From: an uncultured Verrucomicrobiae bacterium
GTDB lineage: Bacteria; Verrucomicrobiota; Verrucomicrobiia; Limisphaerales; JAFGQR01
Reading direction: 5' to 3'
Assembly (NCBI GenBank): GCA_963788655.1
Contig: CAWBHS010000022.1
Span: forward strand, 1-64,000
DNA length: 64,000 nt
Shown here: in pieces, positions 19,128 to 30,258 of the stretch
How the letters are laid out: every line of letters starts with the position of its first letter
How positions within the stretch are numbered: the stretch's first letter is position 1
The notes under the pieces: generated by a model
The model's input: the letters and a program-made list of their open reading frames with translations, nothing else
Database searches by the model: none
Told to the model about the DNA's origin: nothing
Program-made: the position numbers and the translations under genes

Positions 19128-19157
19128 TCAGACGTTGTCCCGCAGGTGGGGGTTACA
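19128..19157 (-). promoter_or_regulatory. Putative ECF-sigma promoter (copy 1)
   Basis: TGTAAC-N17-CGTCTGA on the minus strand just upstream of the anti-sigma gene. Confidence 0.6.
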
Positions 19158-19734
19158 GGTACTTTTCTCGATCCCCTGCGATTCGCGTGAGGCATTTTCG
19201 CATTTCCGCCCGCGCACGAAAAGCCCGTACTTTAACCAGCGGTACGGACCAGCCAGTCAATTCAGCGATCTCTTTCACCGATTTCTCCTCCAGTTCCAAC
19301 AAGGTAATCACCAAGCGCGAGGAGGGGGAAAGCATATTCAGCAACCGCTTGACCAGTTCTCGCGCGGCCGCCGCGCTTTCGCTGGCCTCGTCCGGCTGGA
19401 CCACAAATCGGTCCAACCAATCATGCTCGGGTTCGGACAACTCCGAAAAGGCCGTTTCCCGATTGCGTTGGTGCTGACGCAGGAAATCATAACAGGTGCG
19501 AACCGTTAACCGCATCAACCAATGTTCGAAGGGAGCCGTGCCGCGGAAACTGTTCAGTTTTTGAAACGCTTTGCTCCAAATCTCTTGAACGATGTCGTCC
19601 ACCTCACTTTCGCGCCGGGCATAACGGCGAACCGTGGCGAAGACGCGCGGCGAGTATTTGGCCACCAATGGCTCAAAGCTGGCGGTGTCTCCTTCGAGAA
19701 CCGCCGCGATCAAGTCCGCATCGGTGGGCTGCAT
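19153..19734 (-). CDS. ECF sigma-70 family RNA polymerase sigma factor
   Basis: DADLI..VLEGDTASFEPLV.KY, DDIVQEIWSKAF..L..FRG.APFEHWL, region 4 SVKEIAELTGWS...VKVRAFRAR. Confidence 0.92.
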   Translation of the reverse strand: MQPTDADLIAAVLEGDTASFEPLVAKYSPRVFATVRRYARRESEVDDIVQEIWSKAFQKLNSFRGTAPFEHWLMRLTVRTCYDFLRQHQRNRETAFSELSEPEHDWLDRFVVQPDEASESAAAARELVKRLLNMLSPSSRLVITLLELEEKSVKEIAELTGWSVPLVKVRAFRARAEMRKCLTRIAGDREKYL

Positions 19735-19880
19735 CGGTGGGATAATCGTCGTTACACGTTCGAGGATAAAGCAGAATCCATTAGCGGAACTCTGGATTTG
19801 CCAATCCGCATTCGGTTTTACGTTGGCAGGAACGTGGGCCTTGGCAAGCCGGTCTGGCAAGCCGGCGGGAGTGGGCAACT

Positions 19881-20525
19881 TTACTTGTCCGGAGGATGTT
19901 CTTGAGGTTGCACCCCGAGAATTGGAGGGGGAACGTTGACCGAGGCATTTTCTTGAAAACGGTTGAGCAACTCTTCCATGCGGCCAAGGCGTTTTTGTTC
20001 CGGTTCGGTAAGGGCGCCATCTTTCTTCTTCTGGCGAAGTGATTGGACCCTCTTTTCCAGTCGTTCCTTGATTTCCACCCGTTTGGCCTTCCATTCCGCA
20101 GACGTCATGCTCCAGAAGCTGTACGGAGGTTTGCCCCAGCGCTTGCGGAACGCTTGGATTTGCTTTTCCCGTTCCTCCGGGGAGAGTTTTCTCAATTCTT
20201 GGCGGAACTTCTGGATCTGTTCCCGGCTGGGGGCTCCGTGCGGTTTGGAGTTCTGGCCCGCCTTGGCCTCTGCCATCGGTGGTGCTGGGCGAGGACGAGA
20301 TCGATGCGTGTCGGAATGTGATTGGGAACCAGCGGTTCCATTGGTCACATTGGATTGTTCATTGGCGGCGGAATGTCGCGACGGCGCGTGGGCGGGTTTG
20401 GCTTGGGACGCGACCGGTTCCCGCGTGGTGGCAGGCTCCGCTGGTTCCGCTGCCGCGAGACACAGGGCGATGCTACCGCCGGAAAAAACAACGATCACCC
20501 ATTGAATCAAACTCTTCACGCCCAT
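19881..20525 (-). CDS. Secreted low-complexity/helical hypothetical protein, first gene of the ECF operon
   Basis: Signal-like N-terminus, Pro/Ala-rich linker, charged helical C-terminus (LSPEERE..). Confidence 0.55.
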   Translation of the reverse strand: MGVKSLIQWVIVVFSGGSIALCLAAAEPAEPATTREPVASQAKPAHAPSRHSAANEQSNVTNGTAGSQSHSDTHRSRPRPAPPMAEAKAGQNSKPHGAPSREQIQKFRQELRKLSPEEREKQIQAFRKRWGKPPYSFWSMTSAEWKAKRVEIKERLEKRVQSLRQKKKDGALTEPEQKRLGRMEELLNRFQENASVNVPPPILGVQPQEHPPDK

Positions 20526-20570
20526 TGCGTTGGCCTTGTAAGATTGGTCCGTTTGTTTACGTATGCAAAT

Positions 20571-20600
20571 TCAGACGCGATTAGAAATCCGGAAGTTACA
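20571..20600 (-). promoter_or_regulatory. Putative ECF-sigma promoter (copy 2)
   Basis: TGTAAC-N17-CGTCTGA on the minus strand about 45 nt upstream of ATG 20525. Confidence 0.6.
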
Positions 20601-20667
20601 GCCAAAAATCGTTTGTTCGGTCACATCGCCGCTTTTCAGAGCGGATTGCGAAAACCCCCCTCTGTGT

Positions 20668-20922
20668 TTAATCCCGAGAGATACTCAGGTTCTTTTCAAA
20701 TTCGGCCGTGAATTTGCTGATGCACTCGGAAATCTTGGGAGGCTGGTCGTTCAACGTCTTCGACATGCGCTCGATACTGGCAGGATTGAACTTGATAAGT
20801 TCCGATGCCGCAACAATTAACGACAGATGGTTGTTGATATCATGACGCATGTCGGACAGGCACCGGCTTAGTGCCTCCACTTGTTCCGGCGTCAGCGTGA
20901 TCGGGTTGACGGGCAATCCCAT
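20668..20922 (-). CDS. Small stand-alone HisKA/DHp-like helical protein
   Basis: 84 aa with LSDMRHDINNHLSLIVAASEL (H-box-like) and no CA domain. Promoter-like TTGCAA-17-CAATCT 7 nt before ATG. Confidence 0.55.
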   Translation of the reverse strand: MGLPVNPITLTPEQVEALSRCLSDMRHDINNHLSLIVAASELIKFNPASIERMSKTLNDQPPKISECISKFTAEFEKNLSISRD

Positions 20923-21108
20923 AAAACGAAGATTGCCTCCCCAGCCTGCTGATTGCAAGCCAGTTTCAACGCTTTAGACAACCATCGGCGTTTTTTGTCG
21001 GTTGACACCTCGCGCGGGCAAATCTAAGCTGCGCGTCTAATTTGAGACGGCTGGCTCGGCAATGGTGCCGGGGAGTTCGCTCAATGGCGGAGAGGAAGTG
21101 AGAATGTT

Positions 21109-21306
21109 TTGACCGAAATCAGGCTTAGAAAAGGCGAATCAGTGGATAAAGCGCTGCGGCGATTGAAAAAGAAGATCGATCGCGAGGGCACGTTGAAAGA
21201 AGTGCGCAATCACCGGCACTTCGAGAAGCCCAGCGAGAAGCGCCGGCGCAAAGAAAAAGTTGCGCGTTTTTCCGCCATGCTTAGTGCGCGATACGCGGAT
21301 TTGTAA
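21109..21306 (+). CDS. rpsU: 30S ribosomal protein S21
   Basis: GESVDKALRRLKKK...LKEVRNHRHFEKPS, TTG start. Promoter TTGACA-17-TAAGCT at 21002-21030. Confidence 0.95.
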   Translation: MTEIRLRKGESVDKALRRLKKKIDREGTLKEVRNHRHFEKPSEKRRRKEKVARFSAMLSARYADL

Positions 21307-21324
21307 TCTTTATATCGAATTCAG

Positions 21325-21364
21325 GGCCGAGTGCGGTCAACGGTGCAACTGCACTCGGCCTTTT
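21325..21364 (+). terminator. Rho-independent terminator after rpsU
   Basis: GGCCGAGTGC...GCACTCGGCC stem followed by TTTT. Confidence 0.75.
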
Positions 21365-21505
21365 CATAAATCGTCGCAGTGTTGCGAAATTTTTTGTGCT
21401 GTTATCCCATCCACAAATCGGCAGCAATCAAAGTAATGCCTGGCCACCAGCCGGCAGGGTTGGTTTTTGCTCTTTTAAGGTCGGGTATTTGCCGCTTTCG
21501 ACCTG

Positions 21506-22420
21506 ATGTATTCCCTCTCAACCTGCTGGAATTCCCATCGACACACAGACGGCCGCGCCATGTTGCGCGAGATCCGTGAACTGGGTTTCGAGTATGCCGA
21601 ACTGAGCCACGGAATCCGCATCAGCCTGTTGCCGGGAATTCTCGAGGCGGTGGACGCAGGCGAAATCAAGATTTCCAGCCTGCACAACTTCTGCCCCTTG
21701 CCGATGGGCCTTTCCCACGCAGCGCCGAACGTTTTCAAGTTTAGTGCTGACAATCCCCGCGAACGGGAGAACGCCTTCAAGCACACCCTAAAGACTCTGG
21801 AATTGGCCGAACGAGTCAAGGCTCCGCTCATTGTGCTGCACATGGGCTGTGTGGATATGAAGGATTACACGGACAAATTGATCAATTGCGTGGCGGACGG
21901 CAAGCGGGAAACCCCGAAGTACCAGAAGCTGTGCGAGGAAGCCACGGTCAAGCGGGAGGCACGAAAAGATCGTTACGTTCGCAACGCGTATGATATCCTG
22001 CACCGCATCGTTGAAGCCGCCGAACCGCGGGGACTCAAGCTGGGCATCGAGAATCGCGAGGCGGTGGAAGAAATCCCGTTCGAAAGTGACTTCCCGTTCT
22101 TTTTCATGGAATTCTCGTCACCTTCGGTCGTGTATTGGCACGACACGGGGCACGCGCAAATTAAAGAGAATCTGGGGCTTATTTATCACGCCATGCACCT
22201 GGAATCGCTCAGTGACCGGCTCTACGGTTTTCACATCCATGACGTGAAATTCCCCGCCCGCGACCACCGACCACCCGGCGCCGGCATGATAGATTTCGCC
22301 GCGCTGAAACCGCTGGTGAAACCGGAGCACTTGAAGGTGTTCGAACTGAGCCCGAGCTTGACGGTGGAGGAAGCCAAACAGGGGATCGGTCATCTGAAGG
22401 GAATTTGGGGAACCGAGTAG
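21506..22420 (+). CDS. Sugar phosphate isomerase/epimerase (xylose isomerase-like TIM barrel)
   Basis: LGIENRE, YWHDTGHA, GFHIHDV...DHRPPGAGMIDF, VFEL. Confidence 0.85.
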   Translation: MYSLSTCWNSHRHTDGRAMLREIRELGFEYAELSHGIRISLLPGILEAVDAGEIKISSLHNFCPLPMGLSHAAPNVFKFSADNPRERENAFKHTLKTLELAERVKAPLIVLHMGCVDMKDYTDKLINCVADGKRETPKYQKLCEEATVKREARKDRYVRNAYDILHRIVEAAEPRGLKLGIENREAVEEIPFESDFPFFFMEFSSPSVVYWHDTGHAQIKENLGLIYHAMHLESLSDRLYGFHIHDVKFPARDHRPPGAGMIDFAALKPLVKPEHLKVFELSPSLTVEEAKQGIGHLKGIWGTE

Positions 22421-22614
22421 TTTGTTGAGTTGAAGAGTTGAGGAGCGGGGCGGGCATGTGTTTGGGCTTAAGGATGAGGGTTCCCTGAGCGATCTCAACT
22501 CCCGAACGGCTTGCCCAACTGGACGGACAAATGGCAATCCACGCAAAAACTCAATAACCTCAATCCGATCCTTCGAATCCACCATCCCCTTCAACCTTTT
22601 ACCCCTTGAGCGCT

Positions 22615-23775
22615 TCAACCTTTTGATTCAACCATTGACCTGAATTCAGCGAACAACGGGGTGGAATCATGCGGTCCCGGCGAAGCTTCCGGATGATACT
22701 GCACACAAAACACCGGCTTGTTTTTGTGTCGCATGCCTTCCACCGTTTGGTCGTTGAGATTGATCCGATTAACACTCACTTCGCGGCCCAACGAGGCTGC
22801 ATCAACGGCGAATCCGTGATTCTGAGAGGTGATTTCCACTCGGCCCGTTTCCAGATCCTTGACCGGTTGGTTGGCGCCGCGATGGCCAAATTTGAGTTTG
22901 AACGTTCTGCCACCCAGTGCCTGACCCAGAATCTGGTGGCCCAGGCAAATTCCAAAGATGGGAATGCCGTGATCCAGTAATTCTCTCACCGCTTGCACCG
23001 CGTACCCCAGCGCGGACGGGTCGCCGGGGCCATTGGAAAGGAAAATGCCAGCCGGTTTGTAGCTCAACGCTTCCTCGGCAGTCGCGTGAGCCGGCACCAC
23101 TTGCGGACGGAAACCATGCTGGCGCAACCGGCGCAGAATGTTGTATTTCATTCCCAAATCGTAAGCCACGATGGGAATATCCGCCGCCGGCAAGGGATCG
23201 CGCACCGCGCGTGGTTCTGCCGTTGCCAGTCCGCGCACCAGGTTGAAGTTCGCGCTCTGCTCATCTTGCGGGTCCCACGCAAACGCTTGCTTGTGCGTGA
23301 CCTCCTGGACATAATCCACGCCCAACAAACCCGGCCAGCCCTTGGCTTTGGCAACGGCCTCTTCGACGGACACTTCCTCGGTGGAGATGAAACCGTTCAT
23401 GGCACCGCGCACTCGGAGTTTCTTGGTCAAGGCCCGTGTATCGACACCCTGAATGCCGGGAATGTTGTTTTGTTGCAGGTAATCCGCCAACGAAAACTCC
23501 GCCCGCCAATTACTCACGACCGGAGAAAGCTCCCGGATCACAAAGCCGGACACGTGCGGCCGCCAGGACTCCACGTCCACGGAGTTGACCCCGTAATTGC
23601 CGATGTGGGGATAAGTCATGGTGACAATCTGTGCTTTGTAGGAAGGATCGGTCAGAATCTCCTGGTAACCGGTCATGGACGTGTTGAAACACACCTCACC
23701 ACAAGCGGACGCGCGGGCGCCGAACGCCTGCCCGTGAAACACCGAACCATCTTCCAGAGCCAATATTGCCTTCAT
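22615..23775 (-). CDS. carA: Carbamoyl-phosphate synthase small subunit
   Basis: [54 protein letters not shown]. Confidence 0.97.
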   Translation of the reverse strand: MKAILALEDGSVFHGQAFGARASACGEVCFNTSMTGYQEILTDPSYKAQIVTMTYPHIGNYGVNSVDVESWRPHVSGFVIRELSPVVSNWRAEFSLADYLQQNNIPGIQGVDTRALTKKLRVRGAMNGFISTEEVSVEEAVAKAKGWPGLLGVDYVQEVTHKQAFAWDPQDEQSANFNLVRGLATAEPRAVRDPLPAADIPIVAYDLGMKYNILRRLRQHGFRPQVVPAHATAEEALSYKPAGIFLSNGPGDPSALGYAVQAVRELLDHGIPIFGICLGHQILGQALGGRTFKLKFGHRGANQPVKDLETGRVEITSQNHGFAVDAASLGREVSVNRINLNDQTVEGMRHKNKPVFCVQYHPEASPGPHDSTPLFAEFRSMVESKG

Positions 23776-23937
23776 CAATTGTACAAAAGTTTTGCGATGC
23801 TAGGGCCAGCGATCAAGGGGTCAAGTTTTTATGCCGAATCGAAAAGAACTTCGCACTTGAGCGTCGGCATCACTCAACCATCCCGCAATCAGAAAGGCCA
23901 GTCATCCTCCTAAACCTTATCTGGGAACCGTTCCCTG

Positions 23938-25221
23938 CTAATGGGTTTTGCCAGCACCAAACGCCTCAATGAACTTCACCATCGCCCGCACGTCGTGGTA
24001 ATTGGCCTTCCAGGCGTTCGCTTTCGAGGTGCTCTTGGGCTTACCGTCCGCGGTGACGGTGGACAGCCAGATCCCATCTGCGGGATTGACCTGAAATTTC
24101 CATACGAACTGGATCAGTTTTTCCAGCGCTGATGCGTAGGTCGGATTGGCCTGATGCTTGATCCCTTCGGTCAGCGCCGCCATCATTTCCGCTTCCACCC
24201 ACCACTCCTTGTCGGTCCGAGTTGCCGGCTGGTTGTCGCTGCCCATGTAATAGAGGCCGCCGTGTTCGTAATCATAGCCGTATTGGAGGGCGTGCTCGAT
24301 ATGCGCGGTGAAATGGCCCCAGGATGGCCGCTGCCCCAGCACTTGTTGGGCGTGGATCAACAACCAGGCAAACTCCACATTGTGCCCGTATGACAGCCCC
24401 GCGCTCCGCGGATCCGTCACCGGCTTCCAATCTGGCTCACGATGAAAAGCAGATTGGCCGGGATCTTTCGGATAGAAATAGGTCGTGTTCAGCCGGACGG
24501 CTTCCGCCAGGGACTTTTTCACCGTGGCATCGTGGGACGCCGCAAAGAGTTCAGTAAGCGCTTCCATCAAGTGCAGGTGGGTATTTGCGCTCTTGAGTCC
24601 GGCGATCTCGACTTCCGCATTCGGCGCGCGCAACGGCAACGGAGTCCAATCCCGCTCGAAATGTTCCACCCAGCCGCCGTTCTTGGCGTCGTGCGCGTGC
24701 TGCTGGAGGTTCTGGTAAAGTGCCATGGCCCGCCGCAGTGGTTCAGCCAGACCGCTGGCGCGATGGTATTCAACCAGCGCATAAATAACAAACGACTCAC
24801 CATAGACAATCTTGCGCGGATCCGTCACCTGCCCGGCCAAGTCGGTTTTCCAGTAACAACCGCCGTGTTCCTTGTCGAGAAAATGATCGAGCAAAAAGTG
24901 GTATCCTTGCTCGGCGGCTTTCAGATAGTTTCGCTGGGCGGTGCTGAAGCCGTTGAGATGCGCGTGCGCGAAGCCCCAGACCATCCGGCTTTGAGATACA
25001 AGTTGCTTTTCTCGTGGCATGCTTCGGCCTTTGGCCGCGTCATCCGCCAGCAGGTAACCGCCGTGTTCCTTGTCCTGGGCCGTATCGAACCAGTACGGCA
25101 GAACCTTGGCCACCAGTTCCGCGCGCATGTCGCGAGCGTATTCGGACAATTCTTTGGCCGACGTTGCGCCAATGGTGGCCAGACAGGTTGCGACCGAGAC
25201 TAAGACGAGGAGCTTCTTCAC
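23938..25221 (-). CDS. AGE-family epimerase (cellobiose 2-epimerase-like) with predicted signal peptide
   Basis: KQLVSQSRMVW.F, KSANTHLHLMEALT, SYGHNVEFAWLL, KEWWVEAE, WKANYHDVRA. GTG start MKKLLVLVSVATCLA. Confidence 0.85.
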   Translation of the reverse strand: MKKLLVLVSVATCLATIGATSAKELSEYARDMRAELVAKVLPYWFDTAQDKEHGGYLLADDAAKGRSMPREKQLVSQSRMVWGFAHAHLNGFSTAQRNYLKAAEQGYHFLLDHFLDKEHGGCYWKTDLAGQVTDPRKIVYGESFVIYALVEYHRASGLAEPLRRAMALYQNLQQHAHDAKNGGWVEHFERDWTPLPLRAPNAEVEIAGLKSANTHLHLMEALTELFAASHDATVKKSLAEAVRLNTTYFYPKDPGQSAFHREPDWKPVTDPRSAGLSYGHNVEFAWLLIHAQQVLGQRPSWGHFTAHIEHALQYGYDYEHGGLYYMGSDNQPATRTDKEWWVEAEMMAALTEGIKHQANPTYASALEKLIQFVWKFQVNPADGIWLSTVTADGKPKSTSKANAWKANYHDVRAMVKFIEAFGAGKTH

Positions 25222-25471
25222 GCGGTCAAGGCTTTCATAAAGGAATCTCGAAAGCAAGTGTCGCGGTTCCCGTGGGCACGTGCCGTGCTGCCCATTACTT
25301 GAAGGCCGTACACCGCCGTGCCGGCTTCGCTGCCGGTGTGGGCGACTGCGTTCCGGAACAGGATTGAATGGTTGCACGCTCCGGGCAGCGGCGTATGGTC
25401 GCAACGACATGAGGCTGAAGCACGGATTTGCCTCGTTAATTCAAATACAACCGACCAACCGAACAATAACT

Positions 25472-26167
25472 ATGGGCCGATACAGTATTGAGGAATTCAT
25501 CGCCAGTACCGCGCAGAAGGACCGGGGACAAGGACTGTTCGAATTGGAGAGCGCCCGCCTGCTCGAAATCAATCTCAACGGTCTGGTGTGGACCAAAATG
25601 GGCTCGATGGTGGCCTACCGCGGCAACATCAAATTCACCCGGGAAGGTGTGTTGGAACATGGCCTCGGCAAATTCTTGAAACGGGCCGTCAGCGGCGAGG
25701 GCACCCGTCTGACCAAAGCCGAAGGTCAGGGCGCGTTGTATTTGGCCGACGAGGGCAAGAAGATCTCGATTCTGGACCTCGGCGGACAAACGTTGTTCGT
25801 CAATGGCAACGACATTCTCGCCTTTCAGGACGGCATCGAGTGGGACATTAAAATGATGCGCAAGGTCGCGGGTATGTTGGCCGGCGGCTTGTTCAATGTG
25901 CGCTTGTCCGGCAACGGCCTGGTTGCGATCACCACACATCATGATCCCCTGACCCTGCGCGTCACTTCCGATTCACCGGTGGTTACCGATCCGAATGCCA
26001 CCGTCGCCTGGTCCGGATCCCTCAATCCCGAAATCAAAACGGATGTCTCGTTCAAGACGTTTCTCGGGCGCGGTAGCGGCGAATCGATCCAGATGTTGTT
26101 TCGCGGTGAAGGTTTTGTGGTCATTCAGCCCCAGGAAGAAGTCTATTTCCAGCACACCACAAGCTGA
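25472..26167 (+). CDS. AIM24-family protein
   Basis: VWTKMGSMVAYRG.IKF, VNGNDILAF, GGLFNVRLSG.G.VA, GRGSGESIQM.F.GEGFVVIQP.E. Confidence 0.88.
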   Translation: MGRYSIEEFIASTAQKDRGQGLFELESARLLEINLNGLVWTKMGSMVAYRGNIKFTREGVLEHGLGKFLKRAVSGEGTRLTKAEGQGALYLADEGKKISILDLGGQTLFVNGNDILAFQDGIEWDIKMMRKVAGMLAGGLFNVRLSGNGLVAITTHHDPLTLRVTSDSPVVTDPNATVAWSGSLNPEIKTDVSFKTFLGRGSGESIQMLFRGEGFVVIQPQEEVYFQHTTS

Positions 26168-26341
26168 CGCAAAGCGGCTTTATATGCGTTTCATATCAAC
26201 ATATCCGGATACGTAGATTTTTTAGTTGAAAAACCTTCGCGATGCGACTTAAGTTAGCCCCTGCCGGTCTGGGTTCGGGGGTGATTGACACCTTGGGCCC
26301 AATTGTGGCTGGCCCGATTGATGATGGCACAACGAACGAAT

Positions 26342-29300
26342 ATGATGAAATCGCCGGATAAAGTCGCGCGGCTTGAAAGCCTTTTGCGGGAGCGGATTGT
26401 GATCCTGGACGGGGCCATGGGCACGATGATCCAGCAGCATCGGCTGGGAGAAGCCGACTTCCGCGGAGAACGCTTCACGGATTGGCCCAAGGATCTCAAA
26501 GGGCACAACGACCTGTTGAACCTGACGAGGCCGGACGTTATTGAATCAGTCCACCGGCAATATCTCGAAGCGGGCGCCGACGTTATCGAAACCAACACGT
26601 TCAACGCCCAACGAGTCTCATTGGCCGACTACGGCATGGAATCGCTGGCCGGCGAAATCAACCAAGCGGCGGCCCAATGTGCCCGCCGGGCAGTTGCTGC
26701 GGTCGAGGCGAAGCATCCGGGGCGCGCCTGTTTCGTCGCGGGTGCCGTCGGCCCGACCAACCGGACGGCTTCCATTTCACCGGATGTCAACAATCCCGCC
26801 CACCGGTCCATCACGTTTGACCGACTGGTGGAAGCCTACTCGGAGCAAGTGCGGGCGCTGCTGGAAAGCGGCGTGGACTTGTTACTGGTGGAAACAATTT
26901 TTGACACGCTCAACGCCAAGGCTGCCTTCTTTGCCATTGAACAGCAATTCGCCGAGACCGGCGTTCGCGTGCCGATCATGGCGTCGGTGACGTTTGTGCA
27001 AGTGGGCAACAACCGCACGCTCACGGGCCAGACAATGGAAGCATTCTGGAACTCGATCTCGCACGTGCCGCTGCTGAGTGTCGGCATCAACTGCGCGCTG
27101 GGTCCCAAGGAAATGCGGCCTTTGATGGAGGAGTTATCCCGGATCGCGCCGATCTACGTCAGTTGCTACCCCAATGCCGGTCTGCCCAATCCGCTGTTGC
27201 CGACCGGTTTTCCCGAGACGCCGGAAACGCTGACCCCGCAGCTTCGCGATTTCGCCGAAGCCGGTTGGCTGAATCTGGTGGGAGGCTGTTGCGGCACGAC
27301 GCCGGCACACATTCAGGCGCTGGCGGAGGCGGTCAATGGACTGCCGCCCCGCGTACCGCCAACCGTCGAGCCGTATCTGCGCTTGAGCGGCCTGGACGAA
27401 CTCACCGTGCGGCCGGACACCAATTTTGTGAACATCGGCGAGCGGACGAACGTCGCCGGTTCGCCCAAATTCGCCAAGCTCATTCTCGCCGGCGAATACG
27501 AACCGGCGTTGACCATCGCCCGGCAACAGGTCGAAAACGGCGCACAGATCATTGATGTGAACATGGACGAAGGGATGCTCGACGGCGTCCAGGCCATGAC
27601 GCATTTCCTGCACCTGGTCGGTTCGGAACCGGATATCTCCAAAGTGCCCGTGATGATCGATTCCTCGAAATGGTCCGTAATCGAGGCCGGGCTCAGATGC
27701 CTCCAGGGCAAAGGTGTGGTCAACTCGATCTCGTTGAAAGAAGGCGAAGCCAAATTCCTCGAGCAAGCCCGTCTCATTCGGCGGTACGGCGCGGCGGTGG
27801 TGGTCATGGCGTTCGACGAGCAAGGGCAGGCGGACACCTTTGAGCGGAAGGTTGAAATCTGCCAACACGCGTACGACCTGCTCACGCAACAAGTCGGATT
27901 CCCGCCGCAGGACATTATTTTCGATCCAAACGTGCTCACCGTGGCGACGGGCATCGAAGAGCACAACAATTATGGCGTGGCGTTTATCGAAGCCACGCGT
28001 TGGATCAAGCAGCATCTGCCCGAGGCCAAAGTCAGCGGAGGCATCAGCAACGTCTCCTTCAGTTTCCGCGGCAACAACACTGTGCGCGAAGCCATGCACA
28101 GCGCGTTCTTGTATCACGCCATTCGCGCGGGCCTGGACATGGGCATCGTCAACGCGGGCATGCTGGCGGTTTACCAGGAAATCACGCCGGACCTGCTGGC
28201 GCACGTTGAAGATGTGCTGCTCAACCGCCGGCCGGACGCCACGGAGCGACTGTTGAAGTTCGCCGAGTCCGTCAAACAACAAAGCAAAATCGAAGTCGTG
28301 GACGAGGCCTGGCGGCAGGCCCCGGTGGAACAACGGCTCGAACACGCACTGGTCAAAGGCATCGCGGATTTTGCGGAGCAGGACGCCGAGGAAGCCCGCC
28401 AAAAATTAGGTAAACCGCTCGCCGTCATCGAAGGGCCGCTCATGGCTGGGATGAATGTTGTGGGCGACCTGTTTGGCGCTGGCAAAATGTTTCTACCACA
28501 AGTCGTCAAGTCCGCCCGCGTGATGAAGAAAGCCGTGGCCTACCTGACGCCGTTCCTGGAAGCGGAAAAACAAGCCGGCAGCCGGCCCCGGGGCAAGGTG
28601 TTGCTCGCGACCGTCAAAGGCGACGTGCATGACATTGGCAAGAACATCGTGGGCGTGGTGCTGGGCTGCAACAATTACGAAGTCATTGACCTGGGGGTGA
28701 TGGTGCCCTCCGAACGAATCCTGGAAACCGCTCGCGAACACCAGGTGGACGTCATCGGGCTCAGCGGACTGATTACTCCCAGTCTCGATGAGATGGTCCA
28801 CGTCGCCCGCGAAATGGAGCGCGAAGGCTGCAAGCTCCCGTTGCTCATTGGCGGAGCCACCACCAGTCGGGCGCATACCGCGGTGAAAATCGCGCCCGGT
28901 TATGCGCAGGCGGTGGTCCACGTGCTCGATGCGTCACGCGCCGTGCCGGTGGTCAGCAAGTTGCTCAGCCAGGATCAGCGTGAACGCTTCGCGACCGAAA
29001 ACCGCGCGGAACAAGAACGGCTCCGCACCCAACACGCGTCGCAAAAAGCCACGTTGATCAGTCTGGAAGCCGCCCGCCAACGAGCGCCGCAATTCGATTG
29101 GGCGACGGGGGACTTGCCGCAACCCGAGTTCATTGGCGTTCGGTGTCTAACCTCGGAGTCCTCCGTGGCTCAGGGTCCGGAAGCAACCATCTCACTGGAA
29201 ACCTTGGTGCCATTCATTGATTGGTCGCCCTTCTTCCACACGTGGGAATTGCGCGGGCGTTTTCCGTCCATCCTCAACCACGAACGGCACGGCGAACAGG

Positions 29301-30163
29301 CCCGCCAGCTTTTCACGGACGCGCAAAAGCTGCTGAATCGAATCGTGAGCCAGCGACTGTTGGTGGCCCGCGCGGTTTATGGTTTCTTCCCGGCCAATGC
29401 CAGTGGTGACGACGTGGAACTGTATTCCGACGAAACCCGGCAGTCGGTCCTCACCACCCTGCACTTCCTCCGGCAACAGATCCAAAAACCAGAGGGCACG
29501 CCCAACTATTGCCTGGCGGATTTCATCGCTCCCAAGCCGGACGCCGACCATTCACGCTTCACGCGTTACGCCGATCATCTCGGCGCGTTTGCCGTGACGA
29601 CCGGCCACGGCTTGAAGGAACTGGTCGATGCGTTCAAAGCCGACCACGACGATTACAACGCCATCATGGCCGAGGCGTTGGCCGACCGGCTGGCCGAGGC
29701 GTTTGCGGAGTATTTGCACTGGCGCGCACGCAAGGAATGGGGCTATGGCAGGCAGGAAGACCTTCAAGTCGAGCAATTGATCGCGGAAGCGTATCGGGGC
29801 ATCCGACCGGCCGCGGGTTATCCAGCCTGCCCCGATCACACGGAAAAACAACTACTCTGGCAACTGCTCGACGTGGAAAAGCAGGCGGGCATCCAGTTGA
29901 CCGAAAGCTGCGCCATGTGGCCGGGCAGCAGCGTGAGCGGTCTCTACTTTGCACACCCGGAATCCAAATACTTTGCCGTCGGTAAACTCGACCACGACCA
30001 AATTCTCGATTACCACTACCGCAAAGGGATGACCCTCCAGGAGGTCGAAAAATGGCTCGGGCCGTATCTGAATTATGATCCGGCGCGAACAGTGTCCGTA
30101 CCCGCGGCAGTCGCGGGGGCGTGCAACTGTGGGACGCCGCACGTCGCGGCGACGCGGGCCTGA
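26342..30163 (+). CDS. metH: Cobalamin-dependent methionine synthase
   Basis: [57 protein letters not shown]. Exact start uncertain. Confidence 0.97.
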   Translation: MMKSPDKVARLESLLRERIVILDGAMGTMIQQHRLGEADFRGERFTDWPKDLKGHNDLLNLTRPDVIESVHRQYLEAGADVIETNTFNAQRVSLADYGMESLAGEINQAAAQCARRAVAAVEAKHPGRACFVAGAVGPTNRTASISPDVNNPAHRSITFDRLVEAYSEQVRALLESGVDLLLVETIFDTLNAKAAFFAIEQQFAETGVRVPIMASVTFVQVGNNRTLTGQTMEAFWNSISHVPLLSVGINCALGPKEMRPLMEELSRIAPIYVSCYPNAGLPNPLLPTGFPETPETLTPQLRDFAEAGWLNLVGGCCGTTPAHIQALAEAVNGLPPRVPPTVEPYLRLSGLDELTVRPDTNFVNIGERTNVAGSPKFAKLILAGEYEPALTIARQQVENGAQIIDVNMDEGMLDGVQAMTHFLHLVGSEPDISKVPVMIDSSKWSVIEAGLRCLQGKGVVNSISLKEGEAKFLEQARLIRRYGAAVVVMAFDEQGQADTFERKVEICQHAYDLLTQQVGFPPQDIIFDPNVLTVATGIEEHNNYGVAFIEATRWIKQHLPEAKVSGGISNVSFSFRGNNTVREAMHSAFLYHAIRAGLDMGIVNAGMLAVYQEITPDLLAHVEDVLLNRRPDATERLLKFAESVKQQSKIEVVDEAWRQAPVEQRLEHALVKGIADFAEQDAEEARQKLGKPLAVIEGPLMAGMNVVGDLFGAGKMFLPQVVKSARVMKKAVAYLTPFLEAEKQAGSRPRGKVLLATVKGDVHDIGKNIVGVVLGCNNYEVIDLGVMVPSERILETAREHQVDVIGLSGLITPSLDEMVHVAREMEREGCKLPLLIGGATTSRAHTAVKIAPGYAQAVVHVLDASRAVPVVSKLLSQDQRERFATENRAEQERLRTQHASQKATLISLEAARQRAPQFDWATGDLPQPEFIGVRCLTSESSVAQGPEATISLETLVPFIDWSPFFHTWELRGRFPSILNHERHGEQARQLFTDAQKLLNRIVSQRLLVARAVYGFFPANASGDDVELYSDETRQSVLTTLHFLRQQIQKPEGTPNYCLADFIAPKPDADHSRFTRYADHLGAFAVTTGHGLKELVDAFKADHDDYNAIMAEALADRLAEAFAEYLHWRARKEWGYGRQEDLQVEQLIAEAYRGIRPAAGYPACPDHTEKQLLWQLLDVEKQAGIQLTESCAMWPGSSVSGLYFAHPESKYFAVGKLDHDQILDYHYRKGMTLQEVEKWLGPYLNYDPARTVSVPAAVAGACNCGTPHVAATRA

Positions 30164-30202
30164 TTTATCTCCCCATTCCAAACAATCGCCGCCTTTCAAC
30201 GA

Positions 30203-30234
30203 GAAAAGGCACGGTTGCCTTCACAACCGTGCCT
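30203..30234 (-). terminator. Terminator between convergent metH and sodA
   Basis: AGGCACGGTTG-ccttca-CAACCGTGCCT stem with a short U tract on the minus strand. Confidence 0.65.
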
Positions 30235-30258
30235 CGCACACTCGATCCGAATCCAGCT

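Noticed and set aside
26168..26341. SAM or cobalamin riboswitch upstream of metH
   Set aside because: Region is short and lacks the conserved core motifs I can recognise. An Rfam scan would be needed to exclude it fully.
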